Part shown: one piece after another, positions 50,689-62,640 of the stretch
Numbering within the stretch: position 1 is the first letter of the stretch
Layout of the letters: each line of letters opens with the position of its first letter
NCBI RefSeq assembly: GCF_018350175.1
Contig: NC_058382.1
Location: 8,990,001 to 9,054,000, forward strand
DNA from: Felis catus
Lineage: Eukaryota
DNA: 64,000 bases
Direction of reading: 5' to 3'
Position numbers and translations under genes: made by a program
The notes under the pieces: model-generated
The model's input: the letters and a program-made list of their open reading frames with translations, nothing else
The model's database searches: none
What the model was told of the DNA's origin: nothing

Positions 50689-53600
50689 TCTGTCTCTGTC
50701 TCTCTCAAAAATAAATAAATAGGGGCGCCTGGGTGGCTCAGTCGGTTGAGCTTCTGACTTTGCCTCAGGTCACGATCTCGCGGTCCGTGAGTTCGAGCCC
50801 CGCGTCGGGCTCTGTGCTGACAGCTCAGAGCCTGGAGCCTGCTTCGGATGCTGTGTCTCCCTCTCTCTCTGCCCCTCCCCTGTTCATGCTCTCTCTCTCT
50901 CTGCCTCAAAAATAAATAAACGTTAAAAAAAAAAATTAAAATAAATAAATAAATAAATAAATACCCCCCCCCCACATTTTAAAACGGCTTCTCTCCCTCT
51001 CCTGCGTGTTCACCCAAGAGCAACGAAGTCGTATGTTCACTCCAATATCCGCACTCACACGTTTATAGCAACACTGTTCCCAATCGCCCCAAAGTGGGAA
51101 CACCCCAGACGTCCTTCAGCAGGTGCGCAGGCAAACGGGGACGTCCACACTGTGCGGCGCTACTTGGCAAAGACGAGAAACAGCCACTGAGAACGACCAC
51201 CCGTGGATGCGTCTCGAAGGTACCGCGCCGAGTGAAAGAAGCCAGACTCGGCCCCCACCCTGTAGAATTCCATCCATGTGACAGTGGCCCCCGAAGACGT
51301 CCGCATCCCAGTCCCCAGAGCCTATATGAGCGTGTTACATTTGCAGGCAAAGTGGGATCTGACAGCTGTGGTTACGGGAAGGGTTTCGAGATGGGGAGAT
51401 TATTGGGGGCCGGGGAGGGGACCCTAAATGTAATCACAAGGGTCCTTCTAAAAAGGGAGACGGCGGGGGGGGGGGGGGGCTGAGAGAGAAGCCAGGATCA
51501 TGGAAGCCGAAGGGAATGAGGAGAGAGCTTGGAAGATGCATTTGGAGGCAGCAAAAGGAGTCCAGAGCCAAAGACCACACAGGAAGCCTGTCGGGGCTGG
51601 CACAGAAGGAGAATTCTCTCCCAAGAGCCTCCAGGAGGGACGCGCTCCTGCCGACACGGGGATCTCTGCGCAGTGGCACCGAATCCAGACTTCTGACCCG
51701 CTCGCAGCCACAGGGGCGTGTGGTTAATTGTCGCAACCAACAACGGGAAACCAACAGGACGTTTTCCAGAAGGCAAAGCTGTACAGAGACGAGATGTGGG
51801 CGTGGGGGTAGGAGCCGAGGTGGGGATGGGGTGGGGGGCGGTGAGGGCATTCAGGGATGCGGAGGGCGTGACCACAAAGGGGGCATGGGACCCGTTCTGT
51901 ATCCTGAGGCTGGTGATGGTTACACAAATCTATACAGGCGCTAAAATTCGTAAACCTAAACACGCCCCTCCCCCCCCACAAATCGACTTTACTGTATGAT
52001 CTTCTTTTCTTTTCTTTCCTTAATGTTTACTTATTTTTTGAGAGAGAGACAGAGACAGAGCGAGAGAGGAGCAGGGGCAGAGAGAGGGAGACGCAGAATC
52101 CGAAGCAGGCTCCAGGCTCTGAGCCATCAGCACAGAGCCCGACGCGGGGCTCAAACTCACAGACCGTGAGATCATGACCTGAGCCGAAGGTGGAGGCTTA
52201 ACTGTTGGAACCACCCAGGCACCCCATCTTTTCTTTTTTTTAGTACTCTCTACGCCGGATGTGGGGCTTGAACTCCCAACCCCGAGATCAGGAGCCCCAT
52301 GCTCCAGGGACTGAGTCATCCAGGTGCCCCTGTATGTTTTTCTTTAACGAGCCTCTTTAATATAAATGCTTAAAGTCCACTATCCAGTCTTGTAGCAAAA
52401 CATCCCTTTGGCCAGTGTCCTTCTTGGCTATGCAGGACACTTTTCCAGGGGCCTTCCAGTCTGATGTCCAAAGACAGCTCTCCATATCCCCGGAAGCTTT
52501 AGGCCTTCTTGCCCGGGACGGGGTCAAATTGCTCCATTCAGCCCGCGAGGATTTATTGAGCACCTACGGTATGCCAGAGGCTGGGGCACAGAGTAGGTGG
52601 ACAAACAAACAAACAAAAAGCCCTATTGTGGTGTGTGTTTGAGTGGACAAAAATGAACCCCGAACGTTTTAAATGTGGTGTATCGGACGGTGATGGGGGC
52701 GGGGGGGGGGTAGGCGGGGATTAGGGAGTGTGCGGAAAAGGCTGCGATTATATATAGATATATTTTAAGTGTATTTATTTATTTTTGAGAGGGGAGGAGG
52801 GGCGGAGAGAGAAGAGAGAGAGACAGAGAGAGAGAAACCCAAGCGGGCTTGCCCTGTCAGCAGGGAGCCCAAAGCAAGGCTCGAACTCACCCCTGAGATC
52901 TTGACCTGAGCCGGATGCTTGACCGACAGAGCCACCCAGCACCCCCCTCTTCCAAGGTGGCGATTTAAGATCAAGGGAGTCAAGGGAGGGTCCTCTGAAG
53001 GGACCGGAGAGAGGCCTGGGAAGCAGTATGGGGGAGGGGGGGGGCAGGAGGGCGGGAACGGTTTGTGCAAAGCGGAGGAGAGAGAGGGGGCTGCTGGGAT
53101 TTGGGGGGCTGCAGGGGCACCGCCCCCTTCCTGCGAGCGGCCCCACCCTTGAGGAATGCAATCGGGCCGCAGGATGCTTCTAGCAGCCAGCCTGCCAGCC
53201 TGCTGACTCATGGCGGGGGCCTGTGACCAACCTGCCTTTCTCTGGGGGAGCCCTGCCAGACTCCCCGAGCCCGAACTGGGTTCACCGTGCCTCATTCCCA
53301 GGGCACACCGTGCGGTCTCCAGCCCAGCCCCATGCCTTTGCCTGGGCCCTTCTCTGTGGCGGGAGCGCCTTTCCTCACCTCCTGAAATTCCAGAAGCTTG
53401 GAGCCCATCTGGGCAAGCCTCCCCATCTCCTCTGGGCACCTCCTTCTCGGTGCAATGACTCACGCCTTGGCCGCAGTCCAGAGAGAAACCAGGCGCTTTT
53501 CACTTGCCCGCTCTTGGGGTTGGGGGGCGGGGGGGGATTATAGAGTCACCTCTTTGGGAGATCACTTGGCAACATTTTAATTATGCAGACCACCCCCTCT

Positions 53601-56600
53601 AAAGCGGGAGACAACCCCCCCCCCCACTCCAGGCGCATTGTTATATTGTTATTCGGCTCAGCATCCTGTTTGCTTCTTTCGCAGCCCTTTTCATACTTAG
53701 TAACTAATTTCTTTGGCTATGGCCTTCTTAAAATCAGTCAGGCCCCACTAGGAGGGGGAGGAGGAGGGAGCGGAAATTCCCCTTCTCCCGTGTCCCACCT
53801 CCAAGAATCAGTGATGTAAAACATCGTGTATGAAAAGAAAATCCCACTGGGGCGCCTGGGTGGCTCAGTGGGTCAAGCGTCCGACTTTGGCTCAGGTCAT
53901 GATCTCGTGGTTTGTGAGTTCGAGCGCCGCGTCCCTGTCTGGGTCTGTGCCCACAGCTCGGAGCCCGGGGCCTGCTCCCGATTCTGTGTCTCCCCCTCTC
54001 CCTGCCCCTCCCCTGCTTACACTCTGTCTCTGTCTCTCAGAAATAAACACTGGGGCGCCTGGGTGGCTCAGTCAGTTAAACATCCGACTTCGACTCAGGT
54101 CATGATCTCCAGGTACATGGGTTCGGGTCCCGCATGGGGCTCTGTGCTGACAGCTCGGAGCCTGGAGCCCGCTTCGGATTCTGTGTCTCCCCCTCTTTCC
54201 ACCACTCCCCCGCTCATGCTCTGTCTCTCCTCTCTCAAAAATAAATGAACATTAAAAAACTTTAAAAAGGATCATTAGGGCGTCTGGGTGGCTCAGCTGG
54301 TTAAGCATCCGGGACTCTTGATTTCGGCTCAGGTCAGGATCCCTGGGGACATGGGATCCAGCCCTGTGTCAGGGCTTTAGGCTGAGAAGAGTCTCTCTCT
54401 CTTTCTCTGCCCCTCCCCCTCCCAATAAAAAAAATAAAAGAAAATCCCGCGAGCACATATGGGACCGGTTCCAATGAAACGTTCTGATGTGTGCCTCTTC
54501 CTTCGAAATGCATCACAATTAAGGACGGATAGTGGTTTGGGTCTGGGGTAGTTGTGAGACTAGAATTTTCCACGTCCTGGCTTCCGTGCATCTTGAATCC
54601 TGAATTAAATCATAGTGGCAGTGGCTGCTGTGTGCTCGCCACCCCCCACCCCCACCCCTGCCCTTGGCTGGTGGGACCAGAGACATCTCAGGGGACTTGG
54701 AAGCCACCGGTGGAAGCACCTGACCCCAAATATGTGACCACATGGCCCAAAGCACTTGGGGCTGGATGGTGACCCCTCCTTGAATTTCTACTGGGTTAAG
54801 CACCTCACGTGGGTGGGGCTTGGGGGGGGTACATTTAAGTCTGGCAGACTTGCTTAATGAGGCACATGCGTATTTGTCTTTCTCTTTAGAAAATCTAAGT
54901 GGAGGAGGTGGGGAGGGGCCACCTGGGTGGCTCAGTCTCTTGGTTTCAGCTCAGGTCACGCTCTCACCGCTTCGTGTGTTCGAGCCCCGCATCGGGCTCT
55001 GTGCTGACAGCTCAGAGCCTGGAGCCTGTTTTAGATTCTGTGTCTCCCTCTCTCTGACCCTCCCCTGTTCATGCTCTATCTCTCCCTGTCTCAAAAATAA
55101 ATAAAACGTTAAAAAAAAAATTTTAGAAGCACAGGCAAACATAGGCACAGGGTGAGCGCTCAGAGCTCCTCAGAGCGCTCAGGCTCGAACTCACGAACGG
55201 TGAGACCGTGACCTGAGCCCCTGAGCCGAAGTCAGACCGGACGCTCAACCGACCGAGCCACCCAGGCGCCCCTCTTTTTTTTTTTTTTTAATGTTCATTC
55301 ATTTTTGAGAGACAGAGAGAGACAGAACATGAGCGGGGAAGGGGCAGAAGAGGGAGACGCTGAATCCAAGCAGGCTCCAGGCTCCGAGCCATCAGCACAG
55401 AGCCCGACGCAGGGCTGGAACTCGCGAACCGCGAGACCATGGCCTGACCCGAAATCGACGGCTCAACCCACTGAGCGCCCCCCCCCCAGGCACCCCAGAA
55501 ATGTCTTAATCTTAAGGGAATTTTGACAAGCGCACATCCTCACACAGTCCGAACTCCCATCAAGATATGCAAGAGTCCACGGCCCCAGAAAGTTTCCTCC
55601 TGTCTCTTCCTAATCTGTCCCCGCCCTTGCCCGAGTGGTGACCTCTGTCCTGCATTTACCTCATAAATTGAGCTGTCTGGTCTTGGCTGTTCTAGAACAT
55701 TCATCTTATGGAATGCACTCTGGCACCTGCCTTCTTTGCTGAGCATAACGTCCTCGACATTCCCTGGTGTCTGCGTGTATATTCGAATTTTTCCCTTTTT
55801 TGCAGCTGAGTAGAATTCTGCATGAATCAATCCCCGCGTGATTCTCCATCCATCCCCCTGTTCACGGCTGTTTCTAGATCAGGCTGTTCTGCCTAAAGCT
55901 GTTGCAATGTCCTTGCCTACGTTCTCATTTCTTGGGGCAGACAACCAGGTATTTTCTCTCTCTCTCAAACGAAATAAACTTAAAAACTTTTATATCAGCT
56001 TTTAAAGGGTTTTTTAAAAACGCGTGAGAGACATCCCTTTGATATATTACTTTTATAATAATTATAAAGAAAAATCTAGCTAAAGAAATGAATCACTCCC
56101 TTCAAATTCTCAGAGTTCTTTGTACTGTATCCCCGGCTCCGTCCCTCAAGGGCCAGCAGACTCATGGCGCCCCCACCGGCCCCCACCTCTCCCAGGTCCC
56201 CACACCAGCACGACCGGTGTTGTTCCGTACCCACCATCGAGTTCTCATTGTTCCCTATATACTCTATGCTCCAGCACACCTCGGATGTCTATGTGTGCTG
56301 TGCCTTTAGCCAGAGGCTCCTTTTGACTTTTCTCTCTCTCCTTTGTCTCTCTCCCTTGCAACATACATCCAACGGGAACTTTCTGTGATGATGGAAACAG
56401 CTCGCTCCGCGCCGGCCAGTATGACCTCTGCTTGTCTGCGTGTGGCTACTGAGCCCTTGAAATGCGGCCGTGATAACAGGGGCCCTTTTAGTTCTATTTG
56501 ATTAGTATTGATTTCAACCGCAACCCTGACACTTTACTCGGTTGTGAGAAAACTTTCTAGGCAGGTTTGGAACAACTCGGGCCTGGGAATTGACTTTTCA

Positions 56601-59166
56601 GTAGCTGTTAACGGGGTGAGGTCTATTTTTGTTTTTAATGTTTATTAAATTTGTTTATTTTTTATCCAAGTGTTTATTTAATTTTTTTTTAATGCTTATT
56701 TATTTTTGAGAGACAGAGAGAGGCAGAGCGTGAGCAGGGGAGGGGCAGAGAGAGAGGGAGACACAGAATCTGAAACAGGCTCCAGGCTCCGAGCCGTCGG
56801 CACAGAGCCCGACGCGGGGCTCGAACTCACAGACCGCGAGATCATGACCTGAGCCGAAGTCAGCAGCTTAACCGACTGAGCCACCCGGGGGGCCCCACGG
56901 GGCGAGAGCTACATGCCCATCAAGTCTTTCTGATGGGAGTTTGGCATCTCCTTGGAGAAAAAAAAACCCGCTCGGCCTCAGAGACTTAGTATGAAAAGAA
57001 GAATGGAAAATATTTCATCCATAGTTTGTTCTATCGGTTACATGTTGAAATGGTAACATCTCAGATACAGCGGGTTAAGTAAAATACAAAATTGAAATTA
57101 GTTTTGCCCGTGCCTTTTGCCACTTTTTTTTTTTTTTAAACGTGGCTCCTAGAAAATGTTTACCTGGGGGTTCACGCTGTGCATCTGTGGGACAGCGTTG
57201 GTCTGGAGGGTGGACAGACCACAGACTCATTGGTCCCGTGTGGGTGACGGCCTCTTCTTTCCCTCTGAGGTCCCCTCTGGGGGGCTTGGGGCGGGGGGGA
57301 GGCCCTAGGAGCAAAGCTCAGATGTACGACTCCTCTCTGGGCCTCAGTTTGCCCACCTGTAAGATGAGAATCCTCACACCGGCCGCCTCACAGGGCTGTT
57401 GGGAGGTTGGAGGGAGCTGACCCACACAAAGCCCTCAACCGGCCTGGCGCATGGGGAATGTTCTGGAAGGCTGTAATTATTACCGTTCTTCACCCAGACC
57501 CCACCCTTCCTGGCAGCTGAGTTCCTGGCTCAGGAGGGGTCACAGGATTTGGAGAAGGAAGAGAGAAAACCGCAGAAACCCTGACTCAGCAGAGAGCGCC
57601 CGGGTCTGACCCGTCCCCAGGCATCACCCCCTCTGCACCCATTTCGCAGACGCGCAGCTCCTAGCGCCCCCGTCTGCCCCGCGGGTCCCAGCCAGCGAGC
57701 CATGTGGCACATCCTTGTCCGCTGTAGCAAAGTCCTCTGGGTCAGGCCTCACCGGCAACACCAGCATCTCCCTCCTTGCCTCGGCATTCAATGCTACCAA
57801 GGGCCCGCCGGGCACCGCTCTCCCTCCCACCTTCCGCAAACCAAACCGGGCTGCTCAGTTCTTTCCAAGAGGGTCCTCGGTCGCTCCCATTTTCCGGCCC
57901 CTAAAGAGCACGTGGGAGTCTGGGGAGGGGGGTGGCTGTGAGCGTCTCCCGAGGCACCTTCTTTACTCGCGGTGGCCCGGAGTCCCCTCCCCTCTCTGCC
58001 CAAATCCGGGGCCCAGATTCCACCCAGGCGACAAGGCCCAATGTCTTATTATTTGTTTATTGCTCGGGACCTTTTTATTAGCGGGCCCCTTCTCCTTGGG
58101 CCAAGCAGCTCTGGGGACCGGCAGGGCTCTAGCCATAAAAGCTTTGGGGTGGCTCAGCCCTCCCCAGGGAAGGAGAGGGCGGGATTGTAAAACCTGGCCT
58201 GGGGACCTCAGCCATAAAGAGGCAGAGATCAGAAAGGGCCTTGCAGGAGGCTCTCCAAGATCAGAGGGAGGGAGGGGTGGTAACCACAGGTCCAAATGCC
58301 TGCTTGGCTTCCCCTGGCCTTGACTCCCTCCAGGAGGGGCTGGCCCGGAAATGTGGCGGAGCACAGGAGGCGGCCTACTAAGCCTCCGGTCTGGGCTGGG
58401 GCCCGCTTCCCCTTCCTCGTCTTGCTCATCCCAGCCAGGGCCTGTGAGTCGGGCAGGCTCGGTTCAAATCCTGGCTACACCCTACTTGGCAGCTGTGTGA
58501 CCTCGGGCAGCTCGCTCAACCTCTCTGGGCCTCCGGTGTCTCAACCATAAATGGGATGATAAGAGCTAGTCATCTGCGTGGGTTAATCTCACTGGTTGTG
58601 AAGGCGAAGGGGCTGAATGCGTGGCAGGCTCCCGGTGCGGTGAGCGCATAAGCAAGGGCGAAAAGGGACGAACGTCCCCTGGGCCTGTGTCGCCTTGGGC
58701 GCCACGGACCGTACGCTGAACACAAACTGCCCACGCGTCCTGCCTGCCTCCCGCTTTTAACATTTCCCTTGGCAAATTCTTACTTTGCCCTCAGGACCCC
58801 CTTTGGGTACACGGGACGCCCACACAATTTATAAGGCTTGATTTCTAACAAACCCCGTGAACGAGAACATTCTGAGCAGCGTGGCCTTGCGGGTGTCTCT
58901 GGGCTCCTCAACCGCTATCCCGATGAAATCCTTGTCCATTGCTTTTGGTTTCTTGGTTTTAGTTCTTTTAAATGTTTATTTTATTCGGGGGTGAGGGGAG
59001 GGGCAGGGGGGGGGGGAGACACGGAATCCAAAGCCGGCCAGACTCCCAGCCCTCAGCCCAGAGCCCGACGCGGGGCTCGAACCCACAAACCCACGAGACC
59101 ATGACCTGAGCCGAGGTCAGATGCAGCTGCTCAACGGACTGAGCCCCACCCCCGCCGTCTGCCCCG

Positions 59167-59199
<33 letters not shown>

Positions 59200-62116
59200 T
59201 GGCTCGTTTTTTTAAAGAGACTTTTGTCCTGAGTGCCTGTACTCCGACAGCGAGATATCGGCTTTTTGGGTTTGGGGGGGGGGCGGTAAAAAAATGGAAT
59301 CACGCTGCAGCTGGTGTCCTGTGATTCGTTCCTTTCGCTGGACATGAGGAGCCACTCGTGTGGCGGTTGCGTAACAAGGGTCCCCGTGGGAAGGTCCCGC
59401 TGCCCTTTGCTCCCCTGTGATCCAGACTTGCCTGCTGTCTGCCCCTCCTCTCCCCTGCTCACCTGCCTTCTGGTCCTGCCTCATCCTTGCTCGGGGCTTG
59501 CCTCATCTTTCCTCCATTCATTCCTTGACATCCTTCTCAGAGACCTGCTGGGGCCCCGGGGAGGCCCAACTCTGTCCCTACCCGCGAACTGTCCACGGTT
59601 TGATGCGTGGGATGCCTTTGAAGCTGGAGGTGTGGTCAGGGACCAAGGATCCGAAATTGGGGGAGAAAGACTTCGCGGGAGAGAGGTCGTCCCCGGGCAA
59701 AGGAATGTTTGGAAATACGCAAAGGCCTGAAGGTGGGAGGTCCAGGGCCCGAGAGTGAGAGCGGGTGTGGAGGCAACCAGGTGGGGCTCAGGCACTGAGG
59801 AAGGTGGGGACTGTGCGGAGAGGAGCTCCCACGGAAGAAGCAGGGCGAACGGCGAGACCCCGGCCCTACTCCTCCATTTTACAGCCAGCTCCGTCTTGAT
59901 CTCTAGTATTTCTGCTCCAGAGTAGGATTTCTCTGGGACAGAGAAATCTGTGTCTTAAACGTTGTAGACACCATCAGCATGGGCGCTAGGGAGCCACAGA
60001 GGGAACTTGAGCTGGAGAGGGCTACGGGTGGCTTTGGAGATGAGAAAAGACTTCTCCGGGAATCCTCAGAGGAAATGAACGTGCAAAGGCACTGGGGCAG
60101 AGAAGGTGAGGCATGTGGCCAGGGAATGTGAAGTCCTGGGGTACAGGCAGGAGGCCTGACCACCAGGGCCCAGAAAACCTTGGGACTGGGGGGAGGGGAG
60201 GGGCAGCTCTGGGAAGGACCGGAGACAGGGAGGCTGGGGTGAGACTGGGGGTGGTGGGAGAGGAGGCGTGGGGGGGGACACGCAGAAGGAGGGTGTGGGT
60301 GGAGAGTCCAGGGACAGGATGGTGGGGCTGGACGCTGACACGCCTGCGGGAGGGAACAGCAAAGCCTGGGGTGACCGGGACCCATGTGGACATCCCCAGA
60401 TGGAAACCCAGGAGGAGGCACGATTCCGGGGAGCCCCTGAGCCCCTGCCCCACGCTGCGGATGGTGTGTGTCTTAAGCCCGGGAGGGGCCCAGAGGGGAT
60501 GGTAGGGGCCCCTGGGAGACACATCCTTCTGGGCCCAGGGCTTCCAGAAGCTCAGAGAAGAAAGTCCGAGGGGCTAAAGGCACTCGCTCGGGCCTACACG
60601 TGGCTCACGGGCGACGGTTCGTGACCCCCACTTTTCAGACGGGAACCCTGAGGCTCAGGAGGGCACGTGACTGGATCAAGGTCACGCACTGAGCGAGGGC
60701 TGGCCATCTGCCGGCCCTCTGGCTGTGGGGGAGCAGAGAGGAGGGAGGCTCCCAGGTGGAGGGAAGCCGGGGGCTCTCGGGGGGGAGACAGGGCAGAAAG
60801 CCAGAGGGCCAGGAGAAAGGGACAGGAGAATGCGGAGCAGAAAATGCCAGGCCTTGGCCCGCAGCAGGGCGGGGACAGCCCGGAGCACCTCAGCCCCGGA
60901 GACACAGAGCCCAGAGCCCCTGGGAGCCTTGTCTACATCACACAGCTCTCAGAATTCAAGTGCTGGGATCCCTGGAGCCCAGGGAAGCTCCTGGCTGAGG
61001 GCAGGGAGGGCAGGGGAAGGGAGGGCAGGGTGCAGCCTGGGATGGCTGGAGGGGCCCAGAAGGCCAGCGGACAGACTTGCCTGGCCCGCCCGCCTGGCCT
61101 GCCAGAGAGTAAGATATCAGGGGTCGGAGATCATGTAGGCAGCGCACCTTGTGATCTCGGGCTGGCTGCCTGCCCTCTCTGAGCCTCCACTCGCCCATCT
61201 GAAGACGGGGCCACAGGCAGGGGGCGCGGGGGGTGGGGCGCGGGTGTGGCCAAGGCTATGGAGGACAGGAGGAACCGCAGACTCCTGGGGCAGACCGATG
61301 GGGTTCGGGTTTGCTTCCGGCCGCCCCATCACGGCCGTGGCACTTTCCCTCTCAGCCTCAGTTTCCCCATCCGGAAAGCGGGTACCGGTCGAGTGTCCGA
61401 CTCACCCCCAGGAACAGAGGAGTCATGCTCCGGAGGTGGGGAGGGCTGTGTGCTGACCTCTGCCTCGAGGGCCGGGCCGAGGAGCCCAGGGCCCATCCTC
61501 CGACCCTCCAAGCTTCCCCCCTGGGGACCCGGGGACCCGGGGACAAGGGCTCTGGCTCTGGGACCCAACTGCATCCCGGACCCCGCCCACCCCTGCCGTC
61601 TCCCAAACAGAGCAGGGACCACATCCTGAGCCCCTGTGAGGGGCAGCACCCCCATCTGAGGGTCCCTTGGAGTGTCCGGGAGGAAAAGGCGACATCAGAC
61701 CCTCCTGTGTCCTGACTGTTTGCTTTGAGCCAAATCCCTACCCTCACCCAGCCCCGCATCAGGAAGACGCCTCCGAAAGAGAGACAAACTGAGGCCCCAC
61801 AGCGGTCAGGGCCACCTCACAGGTCCCAGCTGCCAACTCGGCACAGTCCGTGCCCCACTCCCTTCCAGGAGGGACCTGCATCCCAGGGTGGAAGGGCCAG
61901 CTGGGTCCCGCCAGGCCAGGCGGGAGGCAGCAGGAGCCTGGCAGCCACCGGGGCAGAAACGGACCTGGGGCTCTCCCCCCAGGCCACCTCCTCCAGGCGG
62001 CGGGGTGGAGGGGGGATCTCCTGGCTCGCGCCCGGCTCTGGGCCTCACCTGATGTCCGAGATGTCCTCAGAGCCGTCCCACAGGGCCGGGATCCGGGGCT
62101 CCGCGGGCCCGTCCAT
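30272..62116 (-). CDS. SULT2B1: Hydroxysteroid/cholesterol sulfotransferase SULT2B1b, 333 aa; exons 62049-62116, 42881-43020, 38219-38427, 36464-36590, 35854-35948, 32166-32346, 30272-30453
   Basis: [23 protein letters not shown]|[12 protein letters not shown]; PAPS motifs [36 protein letters not shown]; catalytic SSHLP; 1002 nt in phase; AATAAA (minus) 30259-30264. Confidence 0.95.
31137..31815 (+). mobile_element. MaLR (MLT1-type) solo LTR interrupted by a CAN-SINE (~31300-31548)
   Basis: tgtgataggctgaataat...gatgtccacgtcct...tgaatatgtgacctta...gagcctccagaagga...aataaa...ttaagccgctaagtttgtgg, typical of MLT1. Confidence 0.7.
32654..32866 (+). mobile_element. Young felid SINE (SINEC_Fc-like) with TSD aagtgggg
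   Basis: Full-length; near-identical to copies at 34101 and 44130. Confidence 0.92.
33421..33590 (+). mobile_element. CAN-SINE
   Basis: SINE head plus CT tract. Confidence 0.85.
34101..34324 (+). mobile_element. Young felid SINE with clear TSD (aaaagacgtttaccggg)
   Basis: TSD visible on both flanks; long pure poly-A tail. Confidence 0.93.
34836..35000 (+). mobile_element. CAN-SINE
   Basis: SINE head, B-box, tail. Confidence 0.85.
36882..37063 (+). mobile_element. CAN-SINE (older)
   Basis: gggtggctcagtcggtt...gagcctgcttggga... Confidence 0.82.
37600..38165 (+). mobile_element. LINE2 3' fragment
   Basis: cagttgctcaaaccaaacgcctagagtcacccttgactc... and terminal ggcacatagtaggtgctccgtaaataccgtgctgaat. 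Confidence 0.6.
38580..38960 (+). mobile_element. Old MaLR LTR fragment (MLT1H/J-like)
   Basis: gtggggccgtgtgaccgagttctggccaagg...agatggaaggagcc motifs. Confidence 0.5.
39255..41850. mobile_element. Old L1 3'-end fragments (~40000-40615, 41060-41340, 41800-41850) interrupted by six CAN-SINEs (39255-39361 -, 39770-39998 -, 40619-40844 +, 40845-41060 +, 41390-41612 -, 41613-41797 -)
   Basis: L1M motifs tttacccaagataaatgaaaaca, aacaaccccaatgtcc, gaaagaagccagac, gaattgtacacttta; SINE heads and tails. Confidence 0.8.
43600..44450. mobile_element. Nested cluster of four CAN-SINEs (43600-43820 -, 43868-44091 +, 44130-44342 -, 44350-44450 -)
   Basis: TSDs aagaaattaacacatg and ttcaggatttt visible. 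Confidence 0.9.
46002..46325. mobile_element. Two CAN-SINEs (46002-46213 +, 46230-46325 -)
   Basis: SINE heads and tails. Confidence 0.85.
48305..48544 (-). mobile_element. CAN-SINE
   Basis: (TTTA)n tail, (GA)n, reverse head. Confidence 0.88.
49559..50960. mobile_element. CAN-SINE cluster (49559-49790 +, 50270-50457 -, 50505-50720 +, 50722-50960 +) with MIR at ~49860-50015
   Basis: SINE heads, CT tracts, AATAAA-rich tails; MIR core gaggcacagagagg...gcagagccgggatttg. Confidence 0.85.
51000..51995 (+). mobile_element. Old L1 3' fragment with inserted MLT1-type LTR (~51275-51757)
   Basis: L1 motifs tttatagcaacactgttc...gaaagaagccagac; LTR motifs tggcccccgaagacgtcc, ccctaaatgtaatcacaagggtcctt, gagcctccagg. 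Confidence 0.7.
52015..52945 (-). mobile_element. Three CAN-SINEs (52015-52226, 52230-52330, 52765-52945)
   Basis: Reverse-strand SINE bodies. Confidence 0.85.
53849..55497. mobile_element. CAN-SINE cluster (53849-54050 +, 54052-54260 +, 54278-54440 +, 54915-55120 +, 55180-55272 - partial, 55275-55497 -)
   Basis: SINE heads and tails. Confidence 0.87.
56365..57200. mobile_element. hAT-Charlie relics (MER3/MER33-like) interrupted by a CAN-SINE (56680-56896 -)
   Basis: gaactttctgtgatgatggaaac...gtggctactgagcccttgaaatg; ttacatgttgaaatg...gggttaagtaaaata. Confidence 0.6.
58965..59200 (-). mobile_element. CAN-SINE followed by long poly-C run
   Basis: Reverse SINE body; C homopolymer ~59167-59198. 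Confidence 0.8.
60314..61616 (+). repeat. Left arm of ~1.3 kb inverted segmental repeat (in SULT2B1b intron 1)
   Basis: Reverse complement of 62641-63976; by manual alignment ~22 substitutions and 4 indels. Confidence 0.97.
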
Positions 62117-62640
62117 GGCAGGCGGCGGGTGAGGGCGGGGAGGGGAGGACGCGCAGGGAGCCGGCGGCGCGCGGGGACCGGGTATGTGCAGCGGTGACGC
62201 CTGCCACCCGGGGCGTCCGCCAGGTGCCTACCTCCGCGCCCAAGGGGAGGGGCAGCACCCAGCCGGTTCTCCAAGCTGCTACCCACGCCTCCGACAGCGG
62301 GGAGAGGCTGGGAGAGAGCCGCCCTTCTCCGAGGGTGGGGAGGGGAGGAGGGTGATGGGCACATCTGAGGAATGTCGCCCGTGGCGTGGCGGGGCTGGGG
62401 GGGGGAGGGGCGGGGGGCAGAGTCCGAGGCGTAAGTCCAGCGCCACAAGGGAACCTCCCGGGCTGGTGGTTCTGGGCATACCTCTCTGGAGCCTCGGTTC
62501 GCTGCGGTGACAAAAAGGACAGTCCCATCGAAGAGAGTTCATTCATTCATCCACACTTGCATTCATTCAAGAAATCTTTACTGAGCGCCCAGGGGGCCAG
62601 GCAGGCGCTGTTCTAAGGGCTGGGACCCTGTGAGGAACCA

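Noticed and set aside
32634-56884. Recurrent short ORFs such as [10 protein letters not shown] and [12 protein letters not shown]
   Set aside because: These are translations of CAN-SINE copies, not genes; the SINE heads are tRNA-derived but are not tRNA genes.
59160-59198. Long poly-C run and many G/C homopolymers across the window
   Set aside because: Homopolymer lengths are error-prone and no function can be supported.
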